61,194 nucleotides of DNA from Octopus sinensis (lineage: Eukaryota). The stretch covers positions 1-61,194 of the forward strand of contig NW_021832394.1 of assembly GCF_006345805.1 (NCBI RefSeq), written 5' to 3'. Both the position numbers and the translations under genes were made by a program. Numbering within the stretch: the first letter of the stretch is position 1; each line of letters starts with the position of its first letter. The notes under the pieces are model-generated. The model saw only the letters and a list, made by a program, of their open reading frames with translations. It had not been told where the DNA came from and made no database searches. Of this stretch, positions 38,213-50,760 are shown piece after piece.

Positions 38213-38948
38213 TATGTATATATATATACATACAAACACACATATATATATGTATATATATATACATATATATATATTTAGAGAAAGTGAGAGAGAGAGA
38301 AAGGGAGATAGAGAGAAAGAGAAAGAAAGAGAGGGTAAGAAAAAAGGTGAGAGAGAGGGTGAAAGAGAGAAAGAGAGAGAGAGACAGACAGAGTGTGTGT
38401 GAGAGAGAGAGAAAGAGAGAGGTCAGTAGACATTCGTAGATTGTATTCAAAAGTATAGTGTGCAAAATGAAAGTAGAAGAATTTAAAATATCCTCAGATG
38501 GAGCGACATCTGATGAAACCATTAAGAAACTACAATAACGCCCTACAAAAAAGCGAATTCACGGATAAGACTACTCTCAGTCCTAGTATGGAGAACTCCT
38601 GGCGCAAAAATCAGAGGAAGAATATGAGTTGCGTTCTAACCTCGTGCAATTAACAATTCTTCCACATAAAATCAATCACAGTCCAAAAAAAAAAAAAAAT
38701 TATAAAATTCGCATTGACTCCAATTCGTGAAAACAGTTTTAAACTATTCAGACGATTCAAGTGACAAATAATTAAGGTTTATTTAATATTAGTGCCTGGA
38801 TTAAAATGATACATCTCAGTTCGAAACTGGTGATTTGTTTTCTCGTCGCATCATAAAATGCACTGAGAAAGGAGAAATGGAAACGCTAAAATTTGACTTA
38901 TTCCAAAGCTATTTTCTGTTGGTCGTCTACTCATTTCGGGTGGTTGTA

Positions 38949-40239
38949 CGAGGGACGTTCAATAAGTAATGCCTCTGACCCACTTGCAGTTATTTGATCT
39001 AGCTGAAATTTTGCATGTACAATCATTTATATCTCTAAAGAGTAAGTGGCAAAGTGCAGCTCTGAATGAATTGTGGTTTCTGATTTACAGGTGTTTGAAC
39101 CGAGTCAAGTGTGAAATGGAGCCTGTTGAGTGTCGAGCAGTGATCCGGTTTTTGTATTTGAAAGGACGCACACCACGGGAGACTTTTGATGAAATGAAAG
39201 TAACTTATGGTGATGATGCCCCATCATATGACCTTGTAAAACGCTGGCATCGTGAATTCAAACATGGTCGGAACTCTATGGAAACAGCTCCCAGATCTGG
39301 TCGCCCCCTTCTGCCATTGATGAGGCATCTGTCCGTCATGTTGAGACTGCCATTTTGGAAGATCGACGCATAACTATTCGCCAAATAGCCCATGAGGTCA
39401 AGATTAGTACCGGGTCTGTGGAAACTATCATTCATGACCATTTGCATATGCAAAAGGTGTCTGCCAGATAGATTCCCAGGTTGCTCACGCCTTTCCAGAA
39501 GCAAGATCGCGTCGAGTGCTCGAGGGTGAATTTGGAGATGTGCCAAGAAGATGAGTCAAAACTTTTCAAAAGACTGATTACACAGGATGAAACCTGGGTC
39601 CATCACGATGATCCAGAGACCAAAGCCCAGTCAATGCAGTGGAAGCACCGTGACTCACCCCCTCCAAAGAAGGCAAGGGTGCAGCCCTCCGCTGGCAAGG
39701 TCATGCTCACAGTCTTCTGGGACCAGGACGGAGTAGTGATGACAGATTTCCTGGCAAAGGGTACCACAATTGCAGGAGCCTATAATGCTTCGCTTTTGAG
39801 GAAATTAAGAGAAGTTATCAAAATCAAGAGGCGGGGCAAGATCAGCAAAGACATCCTCCTCCTGCAGGACAACGCTCCGGTCCACAACTCGCTTGTCGCC
39901 AGATCAGAAGCACAGGCGTATGGCTATGAACTCCTCCCAATCCCCCCTACTTTCCTGACCTTGCACCCTCTAATTTTCACCTCTTCCCAATCATGAAGTT
40001 GTTTTTGAAAGGAAAGCGTTTCCCAGATGATGCAGCCTTGATTTCTGAAGACACGTTGAGGTTGGAGGACCAAGCTGGGTTCTTCTACAAAAACGGTCTC
40101 CAGAGCCGCATCAAACGATGGGAAAAATGCGTAACTCTGGGTGGTTCCTATGTAAAAAAAGACTAATAACTGTGCCAAGTTTCGTTGCTCTACTGCTATG
40201 GGAAGTGGGTCAGGGGCATTACTTATTGAACGCCCCTCG
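38949..40239 (+). mobile_element. Full-length mariner transposon (1291 bp, irritans-like), inactive
   Basis: 37-bp TIRs CGAGGG(A/G)CGTTCAATAAGTAATGCC(T/C)CTGACCCACTT with 2 mismatches; TA on both sides. Confidence 0.95.
39116..40166 (+). pseudogene. Mariner D,D34D transposase pseudogene
   Basis: MEPVECRAVIRFL HTH, TQDETWV, LLQDNAP, PDLAPSNF (third D changed to N). Frameshifts and a TAG in the WIPR motif. Confidence 0.92.
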
Positions 40240-40909
40240 TATATTACCGAATTTCTGATATATCCCGGTATTCAAATAATTTTACTTCATCAGAAGCTGG
40301 GTTATGTGACAAAAATAGAAACAAAAATTGCAGAAAATACAAGGCGGGAGAAGTAAAAATAGTGGTAATGGCTACTATTCTGCCAGTGTTTATTAATGCC
40401 ATATTACGCGTCTACCAACTTTGGATCACAAACAACTATAAAATTCAGTAATATATAAGCAAGTATATCTTCATGAACTTTTATCACTAGGCCACAGCTT
40501 CAGAAAAAAAAAACAGACAGGAGGAATGCCACAATCCTGTCTACCTACATATGTCAATTAAAAGATTGCCCCAACAATTTCAACACCAGGTGGTCAACTA
40601 AAATGCAAAGTAAACACTATTTCAATGTCACTAGAAACCTCTACTGAAAAGTATCTTATGCTAAATACAACAAAACACTGAAGCAGTGCGTTAGGAGTAA
40701 CATACAAATGTCTCCACAGAAACAAATATAGCCAAGTCATATAGCGAAGTCAACTTACACACACACACGCAAACATACATACACACACTCACACGCACAC
40801 AAACACGCACACTCAAACATACACACAGTTAAGCACACACACGCATAAATATACATCTAACTATATATAGAGAGACGGATGTATAGATATCTATATAAAT
40901 ATATAAATT

Positions 40910-41005
40910 CACTTCTGTTGGTTGCCAGAACGTTCGTTATTATCGACAGTTTTCGGCCATCTTGTAAACGTCTGAACCACTCATACACTTGTGTGTAGCT
41001 CATAC
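40910..41005 (-). mobile_element. Mariner HTH fragment
   Basis: [18 protein letters not shown], homologous to 41820-41917. Confidence 0.7.
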
Positions 41006-41109
41006 AAATATATGCATATATATGTATATATAAATATATGTATGTATATATATATATATACATATATATAAGTGTATGTATGTATATACATACTCACATA
41101 TACTTACAA

Positions 41110-41173
<64 letters not shown>

Positions 41174-41215
41174 TGTATATGCATGTATATATATATATTT
41201 ATTTATATATATATA

Positions 41216-41246
<31 letters not shown>

Positions 41247-41289
41247 AACACGCAGTTATACATGCGTGAACTTAAGTAAATCGAAGCAT

Positions 41290-42045
41290 ACGTGGTCTGA
41301 TCAATAAATGTCCAGCCTGTCGCCATAGTAAGAAAGCTAGTGCACGTAGATTGAAGCCACTTGGCAAAGATTGACCTTGAACTCTGTTTTGTATACGCAC
41401 TAAGTTTTAACGTTTATCTCACTTTCGCTGTTTACAGCAGTGCTTGGAAGGAAGGTGTGTAGCGTCTGATCGTCGCATTGACAAAGATAGAGAAAGTTGA
41501 GTAGAAAATCTGCATAAAATTTTGCCAAAAGCTTGGCAATACCTGCTCAGAGGCCTACGCAAAGTTTTCAAGAAAGCTTTCATCCTTCTCGACACAATCA
41601 AGGAGATCTTGTGCAATTGAAACCCCGAGTGTCTTTTTGGTCAGCTGAAAGCAATCCTCGGACAACCTTGGCAGACACGCTTCTCATACCCAAATCTTCA
41701 GTGATAATGGACTGAACTGAACCGTAACTAATCTGCATATCATCGGATAACTCGCGGATGGTGATTCGACGATTCCCCCCCCCCACTGCATTCATATCTG
41801 CGATGCTTTTCTCAGTTCTGTTGGTTGCGGGTCTCAAAGAACGTTCGTTAATATCGACATCTTTTCGGCCGTCTTAGAAACATCTGAACCATTCATACAC
41901 TTGTGTGCAGCTCATGCACTTTCTGCAAATTTGCGTAGGCCTCTGAGCAGGTATCACCATGAGAGCTTTCTCTGTCATGGTTATGCAACGATCACACGCT
42001 ATAAACTTTCCTTCCAAACACTGCTGTAAGCAGCGGATGTTGACT
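41290..42045. mobile_element. Mariner derivative made of two 5' ends in inverted orientation
   Basis: Plus 41290-41570 (TACGTGGTCTGATCAATAA, ICIKFCQKLGNTCSEAYAK) and minus 42045-41565 (same 5' region, RRITIRELS, LGMRSVSAK). The right end abuts a SINE. Confidence 0.75.
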
Positions 42046-42055
42046 AGAATATTAT

Positions 42056-42238
42056 TAAGGCGGTGAGCTGGCAGAATCGTTAAAACGCAGGGCGAACTAT
42101 TTAGCTCAGAGTTCAAATTCAGACGAGGTCGACTTTGCCTTTCATCCTTTCGGAGTCGATTAAATAAGTACCAGTTACGCACTGGTGTCAATGTAATCGA
42201 CTTAATCCTTTCCCCAAATTGTGCTTCCAGTAGAAAGG

Positions 42239-42242
<4 letters not shown>
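42056..42242 (+). mobile_element. SINE family B, tail type 2
   Basis: AAGGCGGTGAGCTGGCAGAATCG...GTGCTTCCAGTAGAAAGG(ATT)n. Confidence 0.85.
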
Positions 42243-42274
<32 letters not shown>

Positions 42275-42291
42275 ATCATCATCATCACCAT

Positions 42292-43074
42292 CATTCAGTA
42301 GTTTTATTTTTATAACGTGCTTTCACTTCACTACCGAGCACAGCTCTGTGTGCCTTGGGTATGTGCTCTGGTTTGCTGTGATCCTCTTATGGTTACTCTA
42401 TTGAAAGTGTTTTGCGTGTGCAGTGCCCAGTAGTGCAATTTTCTGTATGTTGTATATATTTGTAAGACCTGGTGTTTTTGTTATGTAGTAGTTGTCTGAA
42501 TATTTTTTTATCATAACCTAAAGCGCCCACTATGATAGGATTTGTTTGTTTTCAGATTCCTCATTCAAGTAACCACTGTTTCCAGGTCTTTTTATTTTGA
42601 AAGTTTCTCCATTTCTTTTAGAGAAACGTTCTCATCTGCTGGTATTGATACATCAATTAGAAAGCATTTTTTTCTTCTTGATCTCTGACAACTATATCTG
42701 GCCTATTGGCCTTAATTTCTCTATATGTGTGTATTGGCATATCCCAGAGTATGATTGCTTTCTCGTTTTCTGTGACCTTTTCTGGCGTGTGCGTGTGCTT
42801 ATACCATCTGTTTTCTGTTGTTATTCCATAGTGTTGGCATAGCTTCCAGTGTATGTAGGTCCCAACACTGCCGTGTCTGTGAATATATTCCTTCTTAGCC
42901 AGGACTGGGCAGCCAGAGATAATATGATTTATTGTTTCTTGTCCATCTCCACATATTCCGCAGTTACTTATTTTTTTTTTTCATTGTATGTTTTTGGTAT
43001 TTTCTGGTGGGGAGGCTTTGGTCTTGTGTTGCAATTAAAAATCCTTCAGTCTCTGGTTTGAGTCCTTTGCTTTA

Positions 43075-43075
<1 letters not shown>
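42292..43075 (-). mobile_element. Dong/R4-like RLE LINE 3' fragment, subfamily 1
   Basis: 3' UTR is the reverse complement of 14645-14745; encodes HIISGCPVLAKKEYIHRH, LWDMPI, ANRPDIVV. Confidence 0.88.
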
Positions 43076-43126
<51 letters not shown>

Positions 43127-43163
43127 TATTATTATTATTATTAGTATCATTATTATAATATTT

Positions 43164-43350
43164 AAGGCGGCTAGGTGGCAGAATCTTTAGCACACCGGGC
43201 AAAATGCTTAGCGGCATTTCGTCCGGATCTAAGTTCTGAGTTCAAATTCTGCAGAGGCCGGTAAAAAAAAGTACCAGGTGAGCACTGAGGATGATGTAAT
43301 CGACTTAGGCCAAGCCTCGAACGTGCTGGCCTTGTGTCAAAATTTGAAAT
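43164..43350 (+). mobile_element. SINE family B, internally deleted, tail type 1
   Basis: AAGGCGGCTAGGTGGCAGAATC...GAGTTCAAATTC...GGCCTTGTGTCAAAATTTGAAA. Confidence 0.8.
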
Positions 43351-43370
43351 TAATCTTACCATCATTGTCA

Positions 43371-43407
43371 ACACCACCACCACCACCACCGCCACCGCCA
43401 CCGCCTC

Positions 43408-43440
<33 letters not shown>

Positions 43441-43567
43441 CTCCGCCTCCGCCGCCGCCGCCGCCGCCGCCACCTCCACCATCACCACCACCGCTGCCGC
43501 CGCCGCCGCCGTCACCACCACCACCACCACAACCACCACCGCCACCGCCGCCACCACCACCACCGCT
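43371..43567. repeat. GC-rich (CCA)/(CCG)/(CCT) trinucleotide array
   Basis: Direct reading. Confidence 0.95.
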
Positions 43568-44800
43568 ACACTCGCCGTTACTGCAATCACACTCTTCTCC
43601 GAGCGGAGGTAATTACACATTACGTTGATTTATTGAAATTAGAATGCCAGTGAAATAATTATGAAGCCGTACACCTCTACAATCTCGCCTACATATTCGC
43701 CTCCATCACCATCGTATAACCAATACTACAACTGTTCACCACACCATGCCATGACCGTAGTACCATCGCTGCACCATACTACACAATATCATGCCATACC
43801 ACATCTTGCCATAAAGTTCCCATACTATCTCGCACGATATCACAGCATATCACACCAGTCCATGCTTATTATACGCAACACTAAACCACCCGACCACTTG
43901 GCTTATGACGTCACCGTTACAACTGCCGCCGCTACTAACTACAAGGTGAATTATCGTCATCATCATCGTCAGCATCGTCATCATCATCATCATCATCATG
44001 ATCATCACTATTATCATCATCATCATCATCCTCATCATCATCGTCGTCGTGAGTATAGCCATGGTCATCGTCATCACCACCACTGAAACCACCACCACCA
44101 CCACAGCTATCATCACCTACCACCACCACTACAGCCACGACGACCACCAACACCCCCAAAACCACCATAACCACTACCACCACCACCGCTGCCACCGCCG
44201 ACACTACCACCACTGCGTGAACACGACACTGATGTCCAATACAACCATCAAGATCAGTACTGTGACTTCACTCAGCTCCGACCCTCACAACAAAGATCAT
44301 TTTAGTGACCCCCTCCCCCCACTACTACTGTCAACCCCCCTCCACCACCACCACCATTACCTCACGCTACGCATTTTTCGATTCGAAATCAATAAGATAT
44401 GCAAACTAGTTTGTTTGTTCCTCCTGGGTTTACCGTTGATTGAACTCGTGTGATCCTGTTTGGCTTTCATTCGTTGAGTTTATAGTTCAAGTAGGGAGAA
44501 GGATGAGAGAGAGGGAAAGGGGAAGAGGGAGAAAGAAATAGAAAGCGTGAAAGAGGGAGAGAGACACAGGGGAGAAGGGGAGAGGGGATGAGATATGCGG
44601 GGATAAAGAGCGAGGTTGAAAGACTATCGATTCATTGCATAGGTGGATGATATATGGGAATACGTATGTATGTATGTATGCATGTATGTATGTATGTATG
44701 TATGCATGTATGTATGTATGTATGCATGTATGTATGTATGTATGTATGAATGTATGTATGCATGTATGTATGAATGTATGTATGCATGTATGTATGTGTG

Positions 44801-44832
<32 letters not shown>

Positions 44833-44954
44833 ATATATATTATATATATATATATATATATAATGTCTGTATGTTTATGTCAACCCCGATATCGCAGTAT
44901 ATATGTTCGCAAACGCATATATAAGCAGGCGTACACAGAAACATCCCCACATAC

Positions 44955-44999
<45 letters not shown>

Positions 45000-45978
45000 A
45001 ATGTGTGTGTGTATGTATATATAGACATATAACACATATATATACACACATATATATATACATATACACACAAACACATATATATACATACACACACATA
45101 CATATATATACATATACACACACATATATACATATACATACACATATATACATATACACACACACATATATACATATACACACACACATATATACATATA
45201 CACACACACATATATACATATACACACACACATATGTACATATACACACACACATATATATATGCACACACACGCACACGCACATATTTTATAACCATGC
45301 ATATATTTTATGACGAAGCATTAAACGTAATGCTTTCAAGAATGATACTTATTTTACAAGAAATAAGTTTAATATTGTAAACGGACAAAAGTAAGAAACG
45401 ATATATAGCGATGTAATTCCATCCATAAACTCAATATCGGCAAAGTTCCCTTAAATCTAATATAGAAATATTTTCTTAAACAACACGAATAATGAAAAAT
45501 GTTTGACAAAAACAATATCATAATTTAGTTATTTCCTCTCTGCTAATTTTATATCTTCTTTTTATCTTCGCTTTATTGTTATTCTATTTTTTTGTATCCT
45601 ATATATAAGTATGATTTAATTGTACGACTGTAACAGATAATCAAATAGCTTGTTCGATTCAAAAAACGTATTGCTGTCATTCATCATATATTTTTATACT
45701 AATCTCCACAGTATTGGAATCGCTAAAACTGTTTATTAGTTCCTCCGCTACTGTTTGTAGAAAAGGAAGATTCATCTCAGTTTGGCGATTGAGAAGTTTT
45801 ATGCAACACTAGATGGTACTTAATTAGTTATTTCACACTAAAATACACCTGAAATTATTTACGGTCTCACCAAAATGAGTAACTGTAACAAACCACAAGA
45901 TAACTATCGTATTGTGTGTTCGTTTGCTGTTAATGAAATGATTGTCAAATTAGTCATTAGATAATAAAACTTAGATAA

Positions 45979-46096
45979 GCACAGGCGTGGCTGCGTGGTA
46001 AGAAGTTTGCTTCCCAATTACATGGTTCCGGGTCCAGTCCCGCTGCATGGATCTTTTACTATAGCCTCGGGCTGACCAGAACCTTGTGAATGGATA
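45979..46096 (+). mobile_element. SINE family A, 5' part
   Basis: CAGGCGTGGCTGCGTGGTAAG...GGGTCCAGTCCC. Confidence 0.8.
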
Positions 46097-46164
46097 AGAT
46101 ATATATATTATATATATATATATATATTGAAAATACCACATGCTTTCACACACCAACTTTCTCA

Positions 46165-46218
<54 letters not shown>

Positions 46219-46235
46219 CATACATATATATATAT

Positions 46236-46314
<79 letters not shown>

Positions 46315-46461
46315 ATATATATATATAAAACTGTGCTATATATATATATATATGTATAGGAGGAGTCATGTGGAATTGAGAGTCGCTGATGAAGTCACAG
46401 GATGTGTGACGAAATGTTTCAAACAAAGTACACTAAAATAAGAATAATAATAAAGCTGAAG

Positions 46462-46742
46462 TACGTTCTGAGTTCAAATTCCGCCGAGGTCGACTTTGCC
46501 ATTCATCCTTTCGGGGTTGATTAAATAAGTACCAGTTACGCATTAGGGTCGATATAATTGACTTAATCCGTTTGTCTGTCCTTGTTCGTCCCCTCTATGT
46601 TTAGCCCCTTGTGGGTAGTAAAGAAATAGGTCTTTACGTTCTGAGTTCAGATTCCGCCGAGGTTGAGTTTGCTTTCATCCCTTTGGGGTTGATAAATTGA
46701 GTACCCAAAAATTTCGGGCCGTATGCCTAGAGTAGAACAGAA
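46462..46742 (+). mobile_element. Two tandem 5'-truncated SINE B copies (tail 3, then tail 2)
   Basis: Both start at about TACGTTCTGAGTTCA. The first ends GTAGTAAAGAAATAGG, the second TGCCTAGAGTAGAA. Confidence 0.85.
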
Positions 46743-46975
46743 TCAGGGAGTTGTTATTAAGAGAGATGTATCTAGGTGTGGGTGCATTAACTGGTATCCC
46801 TTGAAGAAATTTGTCCAGCTATCGTTTGAAGATGATGAGATCTTTAATTTATTTTGGGATAATGTTGAATAGAGCAGAACCCGAGAAAAAGAAAATTTAT
46901 TACCGTGAATTTATGTGTTGTAAGCTTGAAATGTTTTTGCACGTGTGTATGTCTGTGTGTGTGTGTGCTGGGGTG

Positions 46976-47311
46976 GGGAGGCATATGTTACATGGCTGCA
47001 GCGTGTTTGTGCGTGTGTATGTGTATGTGTGAGTGTGTGTGTAGGGGCCACATGTTACATGGCTCTAGTGTGTGTTTGTATGTGTAGTGAGCACATGTTA
47101 CATGGCTCCAGCGTGTGCGTGTGTGCAGGGGTTATATGTGACATGGCTCCAATGTGTGTGTGTATGTGTAAGGGCATTATGTTACATGACTCCAGCGTGT
47201 GTGTGTAGTGGGCATATTACATCCTCCAGCATGTGTGTGTAGGGGGCATATGTGACATTGCTCCAGCATGTGTGTGTGTCTGTAGGAGGCATATGTGTCA
47301 TGGCTCCGGCG
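46976..47311. repeat. Minisatellite: 8 copies of a ~28-bp core separated by variable (TG)n
   Basis: Core approximately GTAGGGGCATATGTTACATGGCTCCAGC. Confidence 0.85.
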
Positions 47312-47452
47312 TTGGATGAATTCTGAATTCGATGCTAAGGTCGTTTGGGTAATACTGGTGGTATATTCTCAACACGTTCATATCCCAAGAATTTCAGCCT
47401 GATGACAGAGCGATTCAACTTTGTGATTTTATTTCTTTCTTGTTTTGGGTAT

Positions 47453-47778
47453 TCTGAAGGATTTAGTCAAACAAATCGACCCCAGGACTTATTTTTTTGT
47501 AAACCTAGTACTTAAGCCTAGACTATTTTCTTTACGAGGACGTAAACATACCATTTACGGTTGTCAAACACAGACACAAGGACACACGCGCATGTTTGAC
47601 GGGTTTCTTTCAGTTTTCGTCAGCCAAATCCATTCAAAAGGCTTTGGTCGTCCCGGGGCAATAGTAGAACTTACTTGCCAAAGGTGTCACGCAATGGGAC
47701 TGAACCCGGAACCACATGATTAGGAAACGAGTTTCTTGTCACACAACGGACTCCTGCGGCTATAGCCACGCCTGCCCC
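47453..47778 (-). mobile_element. SINE family A
   Basis: CAAATCGACCCCAGGACTTAT...GGGACTGAACCCGGAACCA. Confidence 0.8.
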
Positions 47779-48546
47779 TATATAGACTAGGAATATATAT
47801 AAAAATGATATGAAATTATAAGACCCTATAATAAATAAAAATTTATGTAATATTTGTATATTTGAAACACATAATATTATTACATAAATGCAGATCCTTA
47901 ATGGGAATTCAGAAACGATCTCGTGTTTTTTCGCACAGAAACACAAATTGTTGAACATTAAGATGTTAAATGGTTATATAAAATTCCTTCTAATCAAATT
48001 CATAACTTACACATTTTTTCCCTACGCCATGTAATAATTATATATCTAGAGATTAATCAGTCAAATAACCAATTATCAACATTGAAAGTATTTAAAAATC
48101 ATTTGTCTACTTCATTATAATTTTAAACATTATCCCAAATACGTTTTATATTACCATATTCGTATCTCTTCTTTATCGTTGTTATAGCTTTCATTTACTT
48201 TTGTATTCTATATAAGTATCGCTTAACTGTATATCTGTAATAGATAATCAAATCGCTTGCTAGATTTTAAAACGTCTTTGCCGTGCATGTGTATATTAAT
48301 CTCCACCATATTCGAGGCACTAATACTGTTTATTAGTGCCTCCGATTTAGTTTGCAGAACCGGATGATGCAACTTAGTTTAGCGATTGTAAATTCTCACG
48401 CAAGAATAAATGATATCCTATCTCTTAAATCTTTTGAATCGAATTCTTATTCTTTTTCTCGAATTTGTATGCACCAACGTGCACAGTCATCTGTTGTGCA
48501 CATATATATATATACATATATATTATGTATATATACATATATATAC

Positions 48547-48594
<48 letters not shown>

Positions 48595-48940
48595 TTATAT
48601 ATACATATATATATATATTTATATATACATATTTATATATACATATATATATATACATACATATATATATATGTACATACATATATATATATATACATAT
48701 ATATACATACACACATATATGCATACAAATATATACACATATATATACACGTATATACACATATATACACATGTGTGTGTGTGCGTGTGTATGTGTGTGT
48801 GTGTATATACGTATGTATATATATGTGTATATGGATATATATATGTATATATTATATATATATGTATACGTATATAGGTATATGTAATAATCTATATCTA
48901 CCTATCTATCTACCTATCTATCTGTCTGTCTGTTTGTCTT

Positions 48941-48997
<57 letters not shown>

Positions 48998-49325
48998 GTA
49001 TCTATCTTTCTATCTATATTTGTATTTATGATGTTAAGCCTTCCATGTAAATGAACGACATAACATCGGTTTTGTCTATTTTCCTTTTTCATTTATCTTC
49101 TTTCTTCCTTCTCTTTGACTCTTTGATAAAACGTTAGATCCTCTTCTCTTTCTTTCATTGGCGATTTATTCCCTTTGTGCACATTTCCTATTGTTGTTGT
49201 TATTTCCTTCGTTTACTATGTCTTCCATTTTCCGCCAGAATGTTTTGCTTGTCTGACTGAATTATTCCTTTGTTTGTCTCCGACTTCTCTAGATAATAAT
49301 CTTACTCGTTTATTTTTCTTACATA

Positions 49326-49722
49326 CGCAGGCTGTGTGGTAAGAAGCTTGCTTTTCAACCTCATGGTTCCAATTTCAGTCCAACTGCGTGTCATCTTGGG
49401 AAAGTGTCTTCTACTACAGTTTCGGGCCGATCAAAGCCTTGTCAGTGTATTTAGTAGACAGCCACAGAAAGAAACCCGTCGTATATATGTGTGTGTGTGC
49501 GCGCGCGCACGCGTGTGTGTGTGTGTGCCTCTGTGTGTGTTTGTCCTTCACCATAGTTTGACAAGCAGTATTTGTGTGGTTATGTCCCCGTGATTGACAG
49601 AATAAATACCAGGCAGGCTCACAACAAAAAGTGTCCATTCGTTCGACTAAAATTCTTCAAGGTGATGTTTCAGCAAGGCCGTAGTCTAATGTCCGAAACA
49701 AGTAAATGAATAAAAGAATAAG
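49326..49722 (+). mobile_element. SINE family A
   Basis: GGCTGTGTGGTAAGAAGCTTGC...AAGTGTCTTCTACTA...GAAACAAGTAAA. Confidence 0.8.
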
Positions 49723-50282
49723 AGAATAAAAAAAACAAAAAACATGACAACCGCATCCTCGTTCTCAAGTAAAGCCATCGCCTGAAGCACTTGAGAATGG
49801 GTTTCATTGGAGACCTGGTATGTGAGCAGTATGGGTGTGGATTATCAAACAGGCAAATGAGCAACACTGCGGGGTACAAATGTTACACATGTGATTGCCT
49901 TCAACAATAGGAGCAACTTGTCGGTCATCATGTGGCGTTTCAGCACCCCCTCCCCCGACTGATGACAGGCAAAGCTAGCCTCAGTTATGGTATGCTCTTA
50001 TGCTCCATATGATGTAATCAAGGTCAAATCTCCGCATCTGGTTTCTTTTATAACTTTTCAGTTGTGCAATTTTGAAACGGACTCCCCCACATTCCTCACA
50101 TTTTCTTCTTTTGTTTTTAACTGAAACGCTGTTAGTAACCTCAAAAAAAGGAAAAAAGAGAAAAAAAGAAAAAGGCAAAGAAGACTAATATTAATAGCAA
50201 TATTGAAAACAATGACAATAAGGGCTCGGAAATGAACTGCGAAGAAGTCTGGCATACATACATACATACATACATACATACA

Positions 50283-50313
<31 letters not shown>

Positions 50314-50351
50314 TCACATACATATATGAGTGTGTGCGTGTATATATATAT

Positions 50352-50760
50352 ACTCTCTTTTACTCTTTTACTTGTTTCAGTCATTTTGACTGTGGCCTTG
50401 CTGGAGCACCGCCTTTAGTTGAGTAAATCGACCCCAGGACTTATTCTTTGTAAGCCTAACACTTATTCTATCGGTCTCTCTTGCTGAACCGCTAGATGAC
50501 GGGGACGTAAACACATCATCATCGTTTGTCAAGCGATGTTGGGGGACAAACACAGACACACTAACATATACTTACACACACACTCACACACACATACACA
50601 CACACACACACATATATATATACGACGGGCTTCTTTCAGTTTCCGTCTACCAAATCCACTCACAAGGCTTTGGTCGGCCCGAGGCTATAGTAGAAGACAC
50701 TTGCCCAAGGTGCCACGCAGTTCGACCGAACCCGGAAGCGTGTGGCTCGTAAGCAAGCTA
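50352..50760 (-). mobile_element. SINE family A, missing about 25 bp of head
   Basis: Highly similar to 27345-27722. Confidence 0.9.

Larger units (their letters stand above)
38480..40735 (+). mobile_element. Degraded Penelope-like relic interrupted by the mariner
   Basis: 40519-40645 translates RRNATILSTYICQLKD...FNTRWS...KHY and about 40707 KCLHRNKY (PLE GIY-YIG C-terminal half). 38490-38660 resembles the thumb region (YNNALQKS). Joining the two parts is inference. Confidence 0.5.

Noticed and set aside
43278-43628. Poly-Pro/poly-Ala ORFs as formin-like or transcription-factor exons
   Set aside because: They begin inside a SINE and consist only of the trinucleotide tract.
46976-47311. CRISPR array
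   Set aside because: Repeats are diverged, spacers are (TG)n, no cas genes, eukaryotic context.
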